A DNA stretch of 63,474 nt, counting the filler, from Octopus bimaculoides (Eukaryota): the NCBI RefSeq assembly GCF_001194135.2. It is 6 parts of 5 records of this genome, joined end to end, with 100 filler letters (N's around TTAATTAATTAA, not from the genome) between each part and the next. Parts side by side here need not be neighbours in the genome. Positions count along the whole stretch, not along the records: positions 40,282 to 55,720 come from NC_068988.1; positions 55,821 to 60,246 come from NC_068981.1; positions 60,347 to 63,474 come from NC_069005.1; 3 more parts are not named here. One strand, given 5' to 3'. A program made the position numbers and the translations under genes. Below are positions 52,216-63,474 of the stretch, in pieces (the first letter of the stretch is position 1; each line of letters opens with the position of its first letter). Below the pieces are notes generated by a model. The model ran no database searches. It was not told the origin of the DNA and saw only the letters and a list, made by a program, of their open reading frames with translations.

Positions 52216-52609
52216 ATATTCTTCTAAAGAATATACTATACATTATTTATTTGTAGGATCGTGGGATCATTGGATCATTCGACGTAGAATTTGATAGAAT
52301 ATATATACATATATATATATACATATATATATATATATGTGTGTGTGTGCGTGTGTGTGTGTGTATTTATATGTAACATATGATATAATTATAAACATGG
52401 CAAATTTTAGCCATTTCTCTCCAGACTGGAAAAATGAGCAACCTTAATCGATTTTCGAACCTTATTATGTTCTCATAAGAGGCGTCCACATCATTCTGAC
52501 AGTTTCCAGGGAAACAAGCAACCAAACTGTTTATTTATATACATATATACATATACATACATACGTACATATACATACGTATATATGTACACATATATAT
52601 ATGTGTATA

Positions 52610-52649
<40 letters not shown>

Positions 52650-52650
<1 letters not shown>

Positions 52651-52905
52651 GCAAATTCATATATAATTCTAGAATTATTTTATCTCCGACGAAAAACATC
52701 TTTCCAATGACAGTGCCTTTTTAACCCTGAAGAAGGGACTTGTATGTCCCGAAATATTGGATACATATAAAACCAAAGATTACCAGGTAACTTACTTCTA
52801 GTTTACGTCACCTCATCTTAAAATCTATTTCCATTGTTTGGCCTTTTAAATCTTTCACCGTTATATTCCATATACAATGCCTCAAGCAAACTATAAAATC
52901 TTATT
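52650..52905 (+). mobile_element. Penelope-like terminal repeat between (TA)n tracts
   Basis: Contains a hammerhead motif and is bounded by TA microsatellites on both sides. Confidence 0.45.
52722..52763 (+). ncRNA. Minimal type I hammerhead ribozyme motif (dimer type)
   Basis: UAACC-CUGAAGA-A-GGGAC/uuguau/GUCCC-GAAA-U-AUU-GGAUA. Stem III is the palindrome AAUAUU. Stem I has one mismatch. Confidence 0.55.
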
Positions 52906-52924
52906 AAAAAATATATATATACAT

Positions 52925-53600
52925 ATCAGGATTTACTTTTTGTAATGAGATAAAAGACCAAGGCCGTGTATAGTATAGAATATTTATATATAGAATGTCT
53001 TACAGCTGTTTCCAGGATATTTATTATATCCCTTCATCGGAGACGGTGTGAGAGGATGATTAAGCAATAGTTAGTTTAGTTAAGATAGGAAATAGAGAGT
53101 GAATGTAGGGATATTGTATTTGTACAATATATTGTTAACAATATATTATGCATAAAGGGTGCAGAGTCGCACCGTTAACCAGCTGGCGGCGAATGTGCCT
53201 GGGGGTAAACTAGTAGTAAAATTTAGCAGCCACTTTGATGTGATGACTGGTTTTACTGTTTAGTACAGTTACTACTCTGGTCTCCATAGACTAAATGTAC
53301 CTGGTTTAATAGACACAATTTTTACTTGTCTGAAATATCAATGTTTTAATTCGCATCACCATTGTTAATGACGCTTTTAGTTCGGTGTTTCAGTTCTCTG
53401 AATTGCTATGTAGTTTGCATCACAGCCATATATGGTGAGTCGTCCGTTAACGTTACACTAAAAACCTTTCATCGGATTGGATAAATCAATCAGAATGCTC
53501 TCTGGTGAATATCTGAATAATAAGAATAAAATGTTTTACAATGCATCACAATTTCTTGATGATGTAAGCTTTGAGCAGTTGATTATCGTTTTAACATATG
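52925..53600 (-). mobile_element. Penelope-like 3' end (decayed) with a hammerhead
   Basis: Hammerhead at 52997-53044. Upstream ESILIDLSNP resembles a GIY-YIG C-terminus. Ends at (TA)n. Confidence 0.4.
52997..53044 (-). ncRNA. Minimal type I hammerhead ribozyme motif (U4C variant)
   Basis: GUCU-CCGAUGA-AGGGAUAU/aauaa/AUAUCCUG-GAAAC-AGCU-GUA-AGAC. Stem III is the perfect palindrome ACAGCUGU; cleavage triplet GUA. Confidence 0.6.
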
Positions 53601-54494
53601 TAAGTCAGCACATGGTGAATCACAAAGTCACGTTTTGCTAGGTTACACTAAAGATCAACCATAAAACTATTTAATAACTTTGCTTTGTAAATTCTTGAAT
53701 TTCAGTCATGTTCAGTACGAATTGTACATGTAAATGATATGGTGGTTACTCAGAAATTCATGTTGAACTGAAAGAAACACACAGATACATAAAAACGCCT
53801 TTTATATCGTCATCGCCATTTTGATTAGATTTTTACTATATTCTTATAACTCTGCATTAATTTGAAGCATTGAAACGTTCCAAGCAATTAATTTTACAAT
53901 TCGCTTTCACAATACGTAGGTCACATGCCTACAACCGTTAAAGCATGGACAAATATTTTGATTTTAACGACACTTTTAGAGGATTCTCGGTTATTAAAAG
54001 AAAAAGACTGCTGTGCCCCACCGCAGTTAAATAAATATTTTATTTGAGCAATGTTGTCTAAGAAAATAATGATTTCATTTAGACGCATTGAAATCACTTG
54101 GTAAATAGGAATAGAAAAATAATTATCCGATAACACGACAAAGCAAGCCTCTCTGAAACAACTAAACACTTGCCAATTCCATTTATATTAGCTCTGAATG
54201 AGTTTAGAAGCTATGTCAACACTTGCAAGATATTAAAAATAACGTAGATATTTTGAAAGTAGTAAACAGATGGTACTTTTTGATTGCTATTAAAAAAATA
54301 ACATGGTTTCAATGATTGTAATAATGCACGTAGATAAATATAAGGATTGTCAAAAGTACATCACATCATAAAATCTACGAGAGAGGGGGGGGGAGAAACA
54401 GAGACAAGGGAAAAGTTGTATTAACGAAAAAGGATGTAAAGATTTCGTTCACATTTCAATTTACTTTTTTGCAGACCATTTTATGTTATTCGTC

Positions 54495-54496
<2 letters not shown>

Positions 54497-54525
<29 letters not shown>

Positions 54526-54527
54526 TG

Positions 54528-54587
<60 letters not shown>
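54497..54587. repeat. Compound (TATG)n(TATC)n microsatellite
   Basis: Two adjacent tetranucleotide runs. Confidence 0.95.
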
Positions 54588-54588
<1 letters not shown>

Positions 54589-55629
54589 GTTTCTGTGTAT
54601 TTAAGTTATATCGCTTGTGTGTAAAATTCAAGATGAATTTTAACAATATATCATAGCAGAAAAGTTAGTTAATCACAAAACTAATCTTAATTTTGAGTTC
54701 TTTTGCTCTAAACCACGAGGCATAGAAAACGACTCATTGTTTAGTGGCAGGCTATCTGCTAGGTTTCATTGCAGTTTAAATAATATTAAATTTTTTTTTT
54801 TGAGATACCATACATTTCAACCAGAATTCCTGAATACACACCAAATAAAGTAACCAGATATAAATTAATACACATGGCTGTCTTTATATCGGGTCCATTT
54901 GTCAGCAACAATCGTAACAGCTTATGTTAAAAGTATTAAGATTCAGCTATACAATCCGCAGTCAATAACATTAACTTTACATCAACACAAAATCTATTTT
55001 ATCTCGTATCTACATCTTCAGAACATTTATCCGTTCTTTTCGAAAATTTTCTCAAATTCTATGAAGGAAGTTGTACATTACACATATCTTTCATAGACAT
55101 AATAAAAACGGCCATCTTAAATTTCACAACATATACTTAAATACCTAGAACAGTAGAATGCTTAAAATAGATTTTTAGTTATCATTAGCAACAAGAAAAA
55201 TAAATAGAAATACGTCTGAATACTTTTTTTGTGCCTAATTTAATATTTCGTTCCCATTCCCAATTGATTTATCGTATTACATATTTAATGGTGAGACGTA
55301 GATGGGGTTTCTCCAATTAAAGTGAGCTCAACATCCGTTTGTAATTCCTGGTTAAAGCTATAACATTTTCATTAACTTCGTTGGTGCTTTTGGAAATACG
55401 TAGGGCATCACTTCATCCTTTTCCCCTTCTCTGAAATGCTTGAGCATGCAAAGTAACGGCGCCCGTTTTCAGTAAGTTTGATATATTTCGATTACCGATG
55501 TGCAAGTGTTATGGAGCATAATGTGACTGAAGAAAAGTTCTGAATCAAATCGTTTCTTTTGTGCAGAAAATTCTGAATTACAAGAAGTCATTTGATTGGT
55601 GCTTGTTTTTGATTTCTGAAGCATTAAGA

Positions 55630-55720
55630 AGATTAGGGAGATATCCCCTCCGGGATAGGGCACTGGTCTATCAGATTAGGGAGATATCCCCTCCGGGATA
55701 GGGCGCTGGTCTATCAGATA
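55630..55720. repeat. 43-bp GC-rich tandem repeat (at least 2.1 copies) at a contig end
   Basis: agattagggagatatcccctccgggatagggc(a/g)ctggtctatc at 55630 and 55673, cut by the linker. Confidence 0.85.
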
Positions 55721-55820
55721 NNNNNNNNNNNNNNNNNNNNNNNNNNNNNNNNNNNNNNNNNNNNTTAATTAATTAANNNNNNNNNNNNNNNNNNNNNNNN
55801 NNNNNNNNNNNNNNNNNNNN
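55721..55820. other. Artificial scaffold linker
   Basis: 44 N + TTAATTAATTAA (55765-55776) + 44 N. Confidence 0.97.
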
Positions 55821-57377
55821 TATATATACATAGTGAGAGAGAGATGGAGAGAAAGAGGGAGAGAGTGAGGGAGAGAGAGGAGAGTAGGCAGACTGATAGA
55901 TAATTCGATCGTTCGATATAGATAGATAGATACATAGATAGACAAACAGTCAGACAGTTAGATAAATAGACAGGCGACAGACAGACTGACAGACAGATAG
56001 ATAGGTAGAGAGATAGAGAGATATACATATTTGGTGTTGTAAGAGCATCTGCCTCTAACTCAACTACCCTTCCTGCTTCACTTTCCGGCAGATTTTCAAG
56101 ACCGGCACGAATGGTCCAAATCTAACAACAACATGCGACCTGGTTGACTTGGACATTCCTGAAATTTGGGATGTAATGCTATTGATTAAATAATTACCAT
56201 TGAAATACCGGGGTCGACTGTACTATTTCTGGGCATTTTGTGGTGGTCTAACATTGATGTAGGAACACGATACACACCTTGCATGCACTTCCTTACATTC
56301 AACATCTTCATCATCACCACTGTAACCATGATGGTAGCCCACGTCATTTGCAATGCTATTATTCTCCGTTACCTCTATCATCCTCTCCATTTCCATTTCA
56401 AGTAGTGAGAGCTATTGTCACTACTCTATAACACTGCCACTACTGCAATAGAATGGCTTCCAATTAATTTCGCTTTTATCCTCGCTTACTCGCTGTATTA
56501 CAGCTACGATTACATACAGACACACAACTTAGCTGTTTAGTGGAAGGCGGGAATTTTATTTGCTCATATTAATACGTTGTTTTCAATACAGCGTTATATT
56601 TGTTGGGTTGTTAACCTCGGCATAGTAACCACGCGACACAGGACCACGTGATTGTTGAGTAAAGTCGAAATGGAAATGTCCGAATGAATAGTGGGTGTGT
56701 CCATTCAAATCAAAACGAGCATTACATACATAGATATACGTATACCCGAGTATCTTAAATACATATGTGTGTGCATACATACATACAAACATACATACAT
56801 GCACACATACATACATACATACATACATACATACAGACATACGTACATACATACATGTATATAAATTCACTCACATGTCAATTGAAAATAATTACGAATG
56901 CATATATTTTTCTACGTAATAGCAGTTTATATTATATACACACAAAAAGAGAAGAATATGGCAGATTGTTATTTGGTNNNNNNNNNNNNNNNNNNNNNNN
57001 NNNNNNNNNNNNNNNNNNNNNNNNNNNNNNNNNNNNNNNNNNNNNNNNNNNNNNNNNNNNNNNNNNNNNNNNNNNNNNNNNNNNNNNNNNNNNNNNNNNN
57101 NNNNNNNNNNNNNNNNNNNNNNNNNNNNNNNNNNNNNNNNNNNNNNNNNNNNNNNNNNNNNNNNNNNNNNNNNNNNNNNNNNNNNNNNNNNNNNNNNNNN
57201 NNNNNNNNNNNNNNNNNNNNNNNNNNNNNNNNNNNNNNNNNNNNNNNNNNNNNNNNNNNNNNNNNNNNNNNNNNNNNNNNNNNNNNNNNNNNNNNNNNNN
57301 NNNNNNNNNNNNNNNNNNNNACCATATACATACAAGCATGGAGAAATATATCTCTATTATATCTATCTATTTATCTA

Positions 57378-59375
57378 TCAAAAATAGCTTAACTCGACAC
57401 CCTTAATTATACACCGCAAATTACAAATGAAGAAAAATTTAAAACCATAGATGAAGAAATCAACAATGAACTGAACAAAAAGACACAGGGCCCCCAGCAC
57501 AGAAACAATGCTAAGATTATGGAAAGAGGAGTGCGAAAAAGAGGAACTAAAATTCCTCCAAGGATGGGAAAAGAGCGCTAACTGGTTTTCGACTTGCGAA
57601 ACCAACTTCAAAAACGAACACATCTCCAGCAACCCCTTCCTAAAATTAAGAAAAACAAAACCTCAATCTATCATAACTGAACAGCCACCAAGAAAACCGA
57701 ACATACATCCTTTCCGAGAAAGACATTTTGAACGTACCCCATGCTTCTTAAATGCACCACGAAACACCTACAAGGATACACCACACTATTTTAGGAACCA
57801 CAATCTACATAACCCAAGCCACATAAATGCACCACGAAACACCTACAGGGATACACCTCTCAATTTTAGGAACCACAATCTACATAGCCTCAACGAAAAA
57901 AAAAACCAACGAATCCTATACTCTAGGAACCCATCATGCAACCATAACAAACAACAAATCCACTACAGAAGAAACAACTATCAACATAATATACCTGAAA
58001 CACTAAGACGGAATATGAGGTTCAAAAACACACTACAAAATAGTACACCACCAACCCACTATAAAAATTATTGCAACATGAGACAGATAATCAATATTAT
58101 TAGACCCAACCATACCAACCATTTTTTAGACCCAGTACACAGAAACAGGGATACACGATGGCACCGGACGTACCAGAGAAACCACAAGTAATTAAAATTG
58201 TGAATCTCTCTAATAAAGAACTTACACCCAAACAGAGTTGAGTTACTTGTTGATTTCTTCTTCTATGGTTTTACTTTTTCTTCATTTGTTTCTGCCCTCA
58301 GTTTCAGTAGTTTCGTTTCCGTCTTCACTTTTTCTAGTGTCATTCTTTCCAAAAGGCTAAAGTTTACACCAAACCCACAATGACCAAATTACCATGAAAT
58401 GATATGAAATTACCATGAAATGAAACACGATATTTCTGAGTTTTGTAGAAAATTAAAACTAGCCGAGGAATTTTATGACAAACACATCGACGACGATACA
58501 ATAGCTACAAATAGCAGCAACTACACCCCTACAAAAGGAAAGGATAAAGCTCTCGACCAATTCTGTGAACACATCACCAATTACCCTTATCATCTCACAA
58601 ATAAACAAAAACACAGACCAAACTTCAACAAGAGAATGGAACGACCTCAACGAACTAAAGGAAGATAAAACCATAACAATCAAAGAAGCAGATAAAGGTA
58701 ATGCAGTAGTCCTAATGAACACGAGGGACTATAAAAATCTAGTACTATCTCTATTAGGGGATGAGTCATATTACGAAAAGGCCCAACACTATAGCCAACA
58801 TAAAATAATGAATATTCTCAGGACATTAATTAATTCATACCGAGAAGGACTCACAGACAAGGAATACCATTAAATTAACAGTTTCAAGAGTAAATCAAGT
58901 TTTTTCTATGGTATCCCCAAAATCCACAAAAGCAGAATTATAAGCTAGGCATGCAAAGGAGCTACGGACATAATCATGAAGGTCCCCTCACCTGATGACC
59001 AGAAACTAAGACCAATAATAGCAGGTCCAGCATGCAAACACACCGCCTAAGCAACTTCCTGGACACTCTACTGAAACCCTTCCTCAAACACATCAAGAGC
59101 TATAGAAGTTGGACATGCTCAATCACCTCCCAAAATCAGTCAATGAGAAAACACTACTAGTATCTTTCGACGTAGTCAACCTATATTCAAACATCACCCA
59201 CACTCTAGGAATAGAAGCCATCACATTCTGGTTAGACAATTACACCTATGAACTCCCCTCTCGCACTAAATAAGTACTCATAATAGAAGGACTAAGATAT
59301 AGCGTAGAGAACAATTATTTTATATTTAACAATGACTACTTCCGACAAAAATCGGGGACTGCAATGCGAACACAT
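57378..59375 (+). mobile_element. Penelope-like element, N-terminal region and RT up to motif B, decayed
   Basis: IVNLSNKEL, LSKRLKFTP, IKEADKGNAVV, FYGIPKIHK, LRPIIAGP, LVSFDVVNLYSNI, NNYFIFNNDYFRQKSGTAM. Stops and frameshifts; truncated at (TA)n. Confidence 0.9.
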
Positions 59376-59380
59376 ACATC

Positions 59381-59423
<43 letters not shown>

Positions 59424-59446
59424 GTTAATTCTCTAANNNNNNNNNN

Positions 59447-59478
<32 letters not shown>

Positions 59479-60212
59479 GCTGTATTGCATGCTCGTTTCT
59501 CTTTTTTCCTTCTCTGATTTTATTTTTGATCTTCTATGTATATGTATATATATTTATGTATGTATGTATACACATTTTTATAGTGAAACAGAAAACTACG
59601 AAGACAAATTGTTTATTTTGGTCCCAGTTTCCTTTTCCTTGTTTCCCTAATTAGTAATATGCAGTGAGACTGAAACCGAAGCCACCTTGTTGGAAAAAAG
59701 TTTTGGTTATAACAATTATGTGATCTACATCACTGTATAATATCCCTGCCATCATTTCACGAAAAGAACCATGGTGTTTTGAAGCTCTTTCTCTAGTTCA
59801 GATTCACTAAGCTTTAAGCAATTTTTGTTCTTGTTTTAATTATCAAATTCCTCTGGAACAATAATAATGTCTACAAAATCTGTACACGACTCTATCTTTT
59901 GTTTGTACGATTTGATGGGGATCATCACTTGTTTGTGCGACGCATATTGAAGCCAGAAACATGCGTCCATAAGATTTCCTATTTCCTGAATTTATCCAGC
60001 CCACTTTTCATTTGGAATTGGGCTCAATTAATTTCAAGTATTCCAGCACTGTCTCTCGTACAGAAGATAAATTCAATAAATTCAGGAATTTATCTTTCAG
60101 TTAACGTGGCGTTATACATCTTTATACACAGACACGCATGCGCGCGCACACATATATGTATGCATGAATATGCATGAGTATATATGTGCGTATATGTATG
60201 TGTGTGTGTGTG

Positions 60213-60246
<34 letters not shown>

Positions 60247-60346
60247 NNNNNNNNNNNNNNNNNNNNNNNNNNNNNNNNNNNNNNNNNNNNTTAATTAATT
60301 AANNNNNNNNNNNNNNNNNNNNNNNNNNNNNNNNNNNNNNNNNNNN
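60247..60346. other. Artificial scaffold linker
   Basis: 44 N + TTAATTAATTAA (60291-60302) + 44 N. Confidence 0.97.
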
Positions 60347-60855
60347 CAACCGATGCTGGTGTGTTTATGTCCCCGTAACTTAGCGGTTCGGCAAAAGAGA
60401 CCGATAGAATAAGTACTAGGCTTCCAAAGAATAAGTTCTGGAGTCGATTTGCTCGACTAAAAAGGCGGTGCTCCAGCATGGCCACAGTCAAATGAGTGAA
60501 ACACGTAAGAGTAAAAAAGAAATGAAAAATTTACAAGGGAGACAATTCAATTTAAATTTTAAAATTAGAGTTGTTTCCCTTGAAAAGTGTCCAATACTCC
60601 CGTAATTACTGACACTTTTCAGGGGAAACAACTCTAATTTTAAAATTTAAATTGAATTGTCTCCCTTGTAAATTTTTCATTTCTTTTTTACTCTTACGTG
60701 TTTCACTCATTTGACTGTGGCCATGCTGGAGCACCGCCTTTTTAGTCGAGCAAATCGACTCCAGAACTTATTCTTTGGAAGCCTAGTACTTATTCTATCG
60801 GTCTCTTTTGCCGAACCGCTAAGTTACGGGGACATAAACACACCAGCATCGGTTG
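60347..60855. repeat. Near-perfect palindrome, 245-bp arms, 19-bp spacer
   Basis: 60347-60591 is the reverse complement of 60611-60855 (one mismatch seen near the centre). Starts at the first base of piece F. Confidence 0.93.
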
Positions 60856-61052
60856 TCAAGCGATGTTGGGGGGGACAAACAGACACACAAACACATACAC
60901 ACATACATATATATACATATATGTACATATATACGACGGGCTTCTTTCAGTTTCCGTCTACCAAATCCACTCACAAGGCTTTGGTCGGCCCGAGGCTATA
61001 GTAGAAGACACTTGCCCAAGATGCCACGCAGTGGGAATGAACCCGGAACCAC
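60681..61052 (-). mobile_element. Nearly full-length tRNA-derived SINE (octopus type) with internal microsatellite
   Basis: ggttccgggttcattcccactgcgtggcatcttgggcaagtgtcttc head, internal TG/TA tract, tail ggtgctccagcatggccacagtc...gtaagagtaa. Confidence 0.85.
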
Positions 61053-61053
61053 A

Positions 61054-61084
<31 letters not shown>

Positions 61085-61520
61085 GGAGTGAGAGAGCAGT
61101 GCATGCCATCAAAGTGACACCGGGGTACAAATATACGAAGCCCATTATACCCATCATGACTACCCGTCTGATAAGGGTACACCAGGCACATGCATCACAA
61201 CCATATGTACACGACATGTTGATCTCACATCAAGCTAAACAGTGCATGACCTTGCAGGTGGGGTCCAGTAGAATTTGAGTAGCCCATCTTGGTCAAAAGG
61301 TCCCTGAATAATGTTTGTTTAAGGATGTTGAACGAAACACCAATGTTTCCAGCGGTGAATTATTCAAACACCAAAGAATTCCTCTCAACACATGGCTATG
61401 ATGCTGCTCACAATCTGAGATGCACATTTCGTCAGCCACCAAGGGACATGCTCAACTGGTTAAGGTCAAGCAAACTCAATCATCTCAGAGACCCTACAAA
61501 GCCATGGGCACTGCCCCATC
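61054..61520 (-). mobile_element. Interspersed repeat(s) with a (TAA)n tail (SINE or LINE 3' UTR)
   Basis: (ATT)n at 61054-61084 next to GC-richer repeat-like sequence recalled from octopus. Family not assigned. Confidence 0.45.
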
Positions 61521-61589
61521 CTCCAAACACAACTAATAAAAAAATATAACTAGATAAATAAGAAATACCATAAAACAAAATCTTCAGCT

Positions 61590-61870
61590 GTCTTGGCCTC
61601 GTATGCGATCCTGCAACCAAGATATTTGAATTGGTAAACAGCCATCAATTCAGTTTGAATGATAATGGTTCTGGGAGAATGGCAACCTTTTGGTATGGAA
61701 CATAAATATCTTATTTTTTGATAACAGACAATTATTGGCGAATAATTGATTCTAGGAATGTTATCTTGGTTGCAAGTTTTTTTATTATTCACCGCAAAAC
61801 AACACCTGGACGTCATCAAATCCCATCAAAACATTTTCTAAACGACGGCACCTGGTCATAATGGAGCAAC
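61590..61870 (-). mobile_element. Decayed RTE RT fragment
   Basis: ELMAVYQFKYLGCRIAYEAK resembles the RTE V..FKYLGS motif. Confidence 0.45.
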
Positions 61871-62544
61871 GTAAATAGGGAAACTGGACATTTAGTTTAC
61901 AGACAAATGTTTGGGTGTGCGCGTTTGGGTGTGATTGTGTGTGTATACGTGCGTATGTGTGCGTGTGTGTGTGTGTGTGTGTAGGTGCAGTTAACGTTGA
62001 TAATCCGGGAGCTACAAAGGAAAAACAATTTATCAAGCCAATCAACTTTCGTCCAATTATCTACGACTGTTGAACGCAAATGGTGAGTGGATCCCGGTAG
62101 TTATACATACACACATACATATATATACATTTATGTGGACATATATATTTGTGAAGAAGTATATTTAATAGCTAGGCATATATATACATAGGGATATATA
62201 TAACCATATGCATTCATATACATACATCTCTTTCTCTCTCTCTCTCTCTCTCTGTATATACATATATATATGTACACACACACATATATATACAGAGAGA
62301 AAGAGAGAGAGTGGGAAAGAGGTAGGGAGAATAGAGTGCGAAATATAGAAGGTAATACACACACACACACACATCTTATATCTGGGTAATAATCATTTAT
62401 CCTGTAGCACAAAGCTCCTCTACGAATATCGACTACCATAGGCTATCATGCAGCAGGAATTCTCCTTTTGCTGGTTATTCATGTGAAAATCCATTAATAT
62501 CCGCGGAATTAGTCCGAAAATTATAATATACTACGATGGGATAA

Positions 62545-62752
62545 ATAGGTTTTTGTTTCGATGCATTATTATCAGCTGTCAAGCGATGGTGGGACACACA
62601 CACACACACACGACGGGCTTTCAGTTTGTCTACTGAATCCACTCGCAAGGCCTTATTCGGCCCAAGGTTATAGTAGAAGATACTTGCCCAAGATGCCACG
62701 CAGTTAGACTGAACCCGGAACCATGTGCTTGGGAAGCAAGCTTCTTAACACA
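62545..62752 (-). mobile_element. SINE copy (same family as 60681-61052)
   Basis: cgacgggcttt...gcccaaggttatagtagaagatacttgcccaagatgccacgcag...gaacccggaaccatgt. Confidence 0.8.
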
Positions 62753-63384
62753 GGTTGGTTCCTTGTTTTTCTGGGATTTGTCAATTTGATGTATTTCCCT
62801 CTGATGATGTATATATATATTGAGAAGTTTTGATTCGAATTCTATTGAAATTTTAAGCGGAATTTACAGCTGGGATAACCTTCCTCACCTTTTAGCGCTC
62901 ACAACTTTGTTTTCACGTGGTGGCAATATACTTGAAAATAAAGTGGTTTGCTTTTATCTAAAATAAATCTCACTCTGTTACTTATTTGGTAAATAGGAAC
63001 TAGGATGAGATGAAAGCAATGCCACCTGTCCATAGAGGAAAGGATTGACTTTTGAAGGGCTTTTCCTTCAGTTGTAGATCTGAGTACTCTGAAAGAAATA
63101 GAGATCCCTAGAACAGTTTGTCGTATCTAGGGACTAAAGAATTCGCTGTTATAAATAAGAAAAATAAATGTGATTATATTTGTTGGTATGTACAAATTTC
63201 CGACTGTATTTTCATTGAGATATATTTTCCGAGATGGGTAGCTAACCACCATTAAAACGACGATAATATAAAGGAAGGTTTTTTAATCGATTTTTCAAAG
63301 TAAAGTATTCTTGTGTGCAGTCTAGAGAAAGGGTTCTGTTTATGGATGGGAGGGGGTCACATGAGAGAAACGATACGAGTAATG

Positions 63385-63442
63385 TTGAACCCGGATCCAT
63401 GTGGTTGGGAAGCAATCTTCTTACCACACAGCCACGCCGGCG

Positions 63443-63445
<3 letters not shown>
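63385..63445 (-). mobile_element. SINE 5' head fragment
   Basis: gaacccggatccatgtggttgggaagcaatcttcttaccacacagccacgcc matches the head of the same family. Confidence 0.7.

Positions 63446-63474
<29 letters not shown>

Noticed and set aside
52796-52890. AG...GTAAGT-bounded 95-bp segment as an upstream collagen exon
   Set aside because: Stops in all three frames, and it lies within the hammerhead-bearing repeat.
55630-55720. Telomeric or CRISPR interpretation of the 43-bp repeat
   Set aside because: Only one TTAGGG per unit, the units are contiguous with no spacers, and the DNA is eukaryotic.

Overview
AT-rich, microsatellite-dense animal genomic DNA. The SINE and LINE families look like those of octopus (recognised from memory; no search was run). 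The window is not one contig: five identical 100-bp linkers (44 N + TTAATTAATTAA + 44 N) join six pieces, A 1-19584, B 19685-31748, C 31849-40181, D 40282-55720, E 55821-60246 and F 60347-63474. The only well-supported host gene is a minus-strand collagen in piece D, with four phase-0 exons of 60, 108, 54 and 54 bp. Piece A is CpG-poor and has a few exon-like segments of an unidentified plus-strand gene. The rest is mostly decayed mobile DNA: RTE, CR1-type, Tx1/L1-type and R4/Dong-type LINEs, Penelope-like elements, tRNA-derived SINEs, Tc1/mariner relics, MITE-like elements and a solo LTR. Three observations stand out. (1) There are three type I hammerhead ribozyme motifs; one sits in a ~580-bp non-coding element with a 501-nt period whose 5' end lies almost at the predicted cleavage site, which is retrozyme-like. 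(2) There is a three-level nest: an ORF1-only (HAL1-like) retroelement with a 10-bp TSD is inserted ~30 bp downstream of the TATA box of a solo LTR, which is itself inside an R4/Dong-type LINE tail. (3) A 245-bp-arm palindrome sits at a contig start. Most ORFs in the supplied track are microsatellite or N-run artefacts. No tRNA, rRNA or CRISPR array was seen. Boundaries of decayed elements are approximate.
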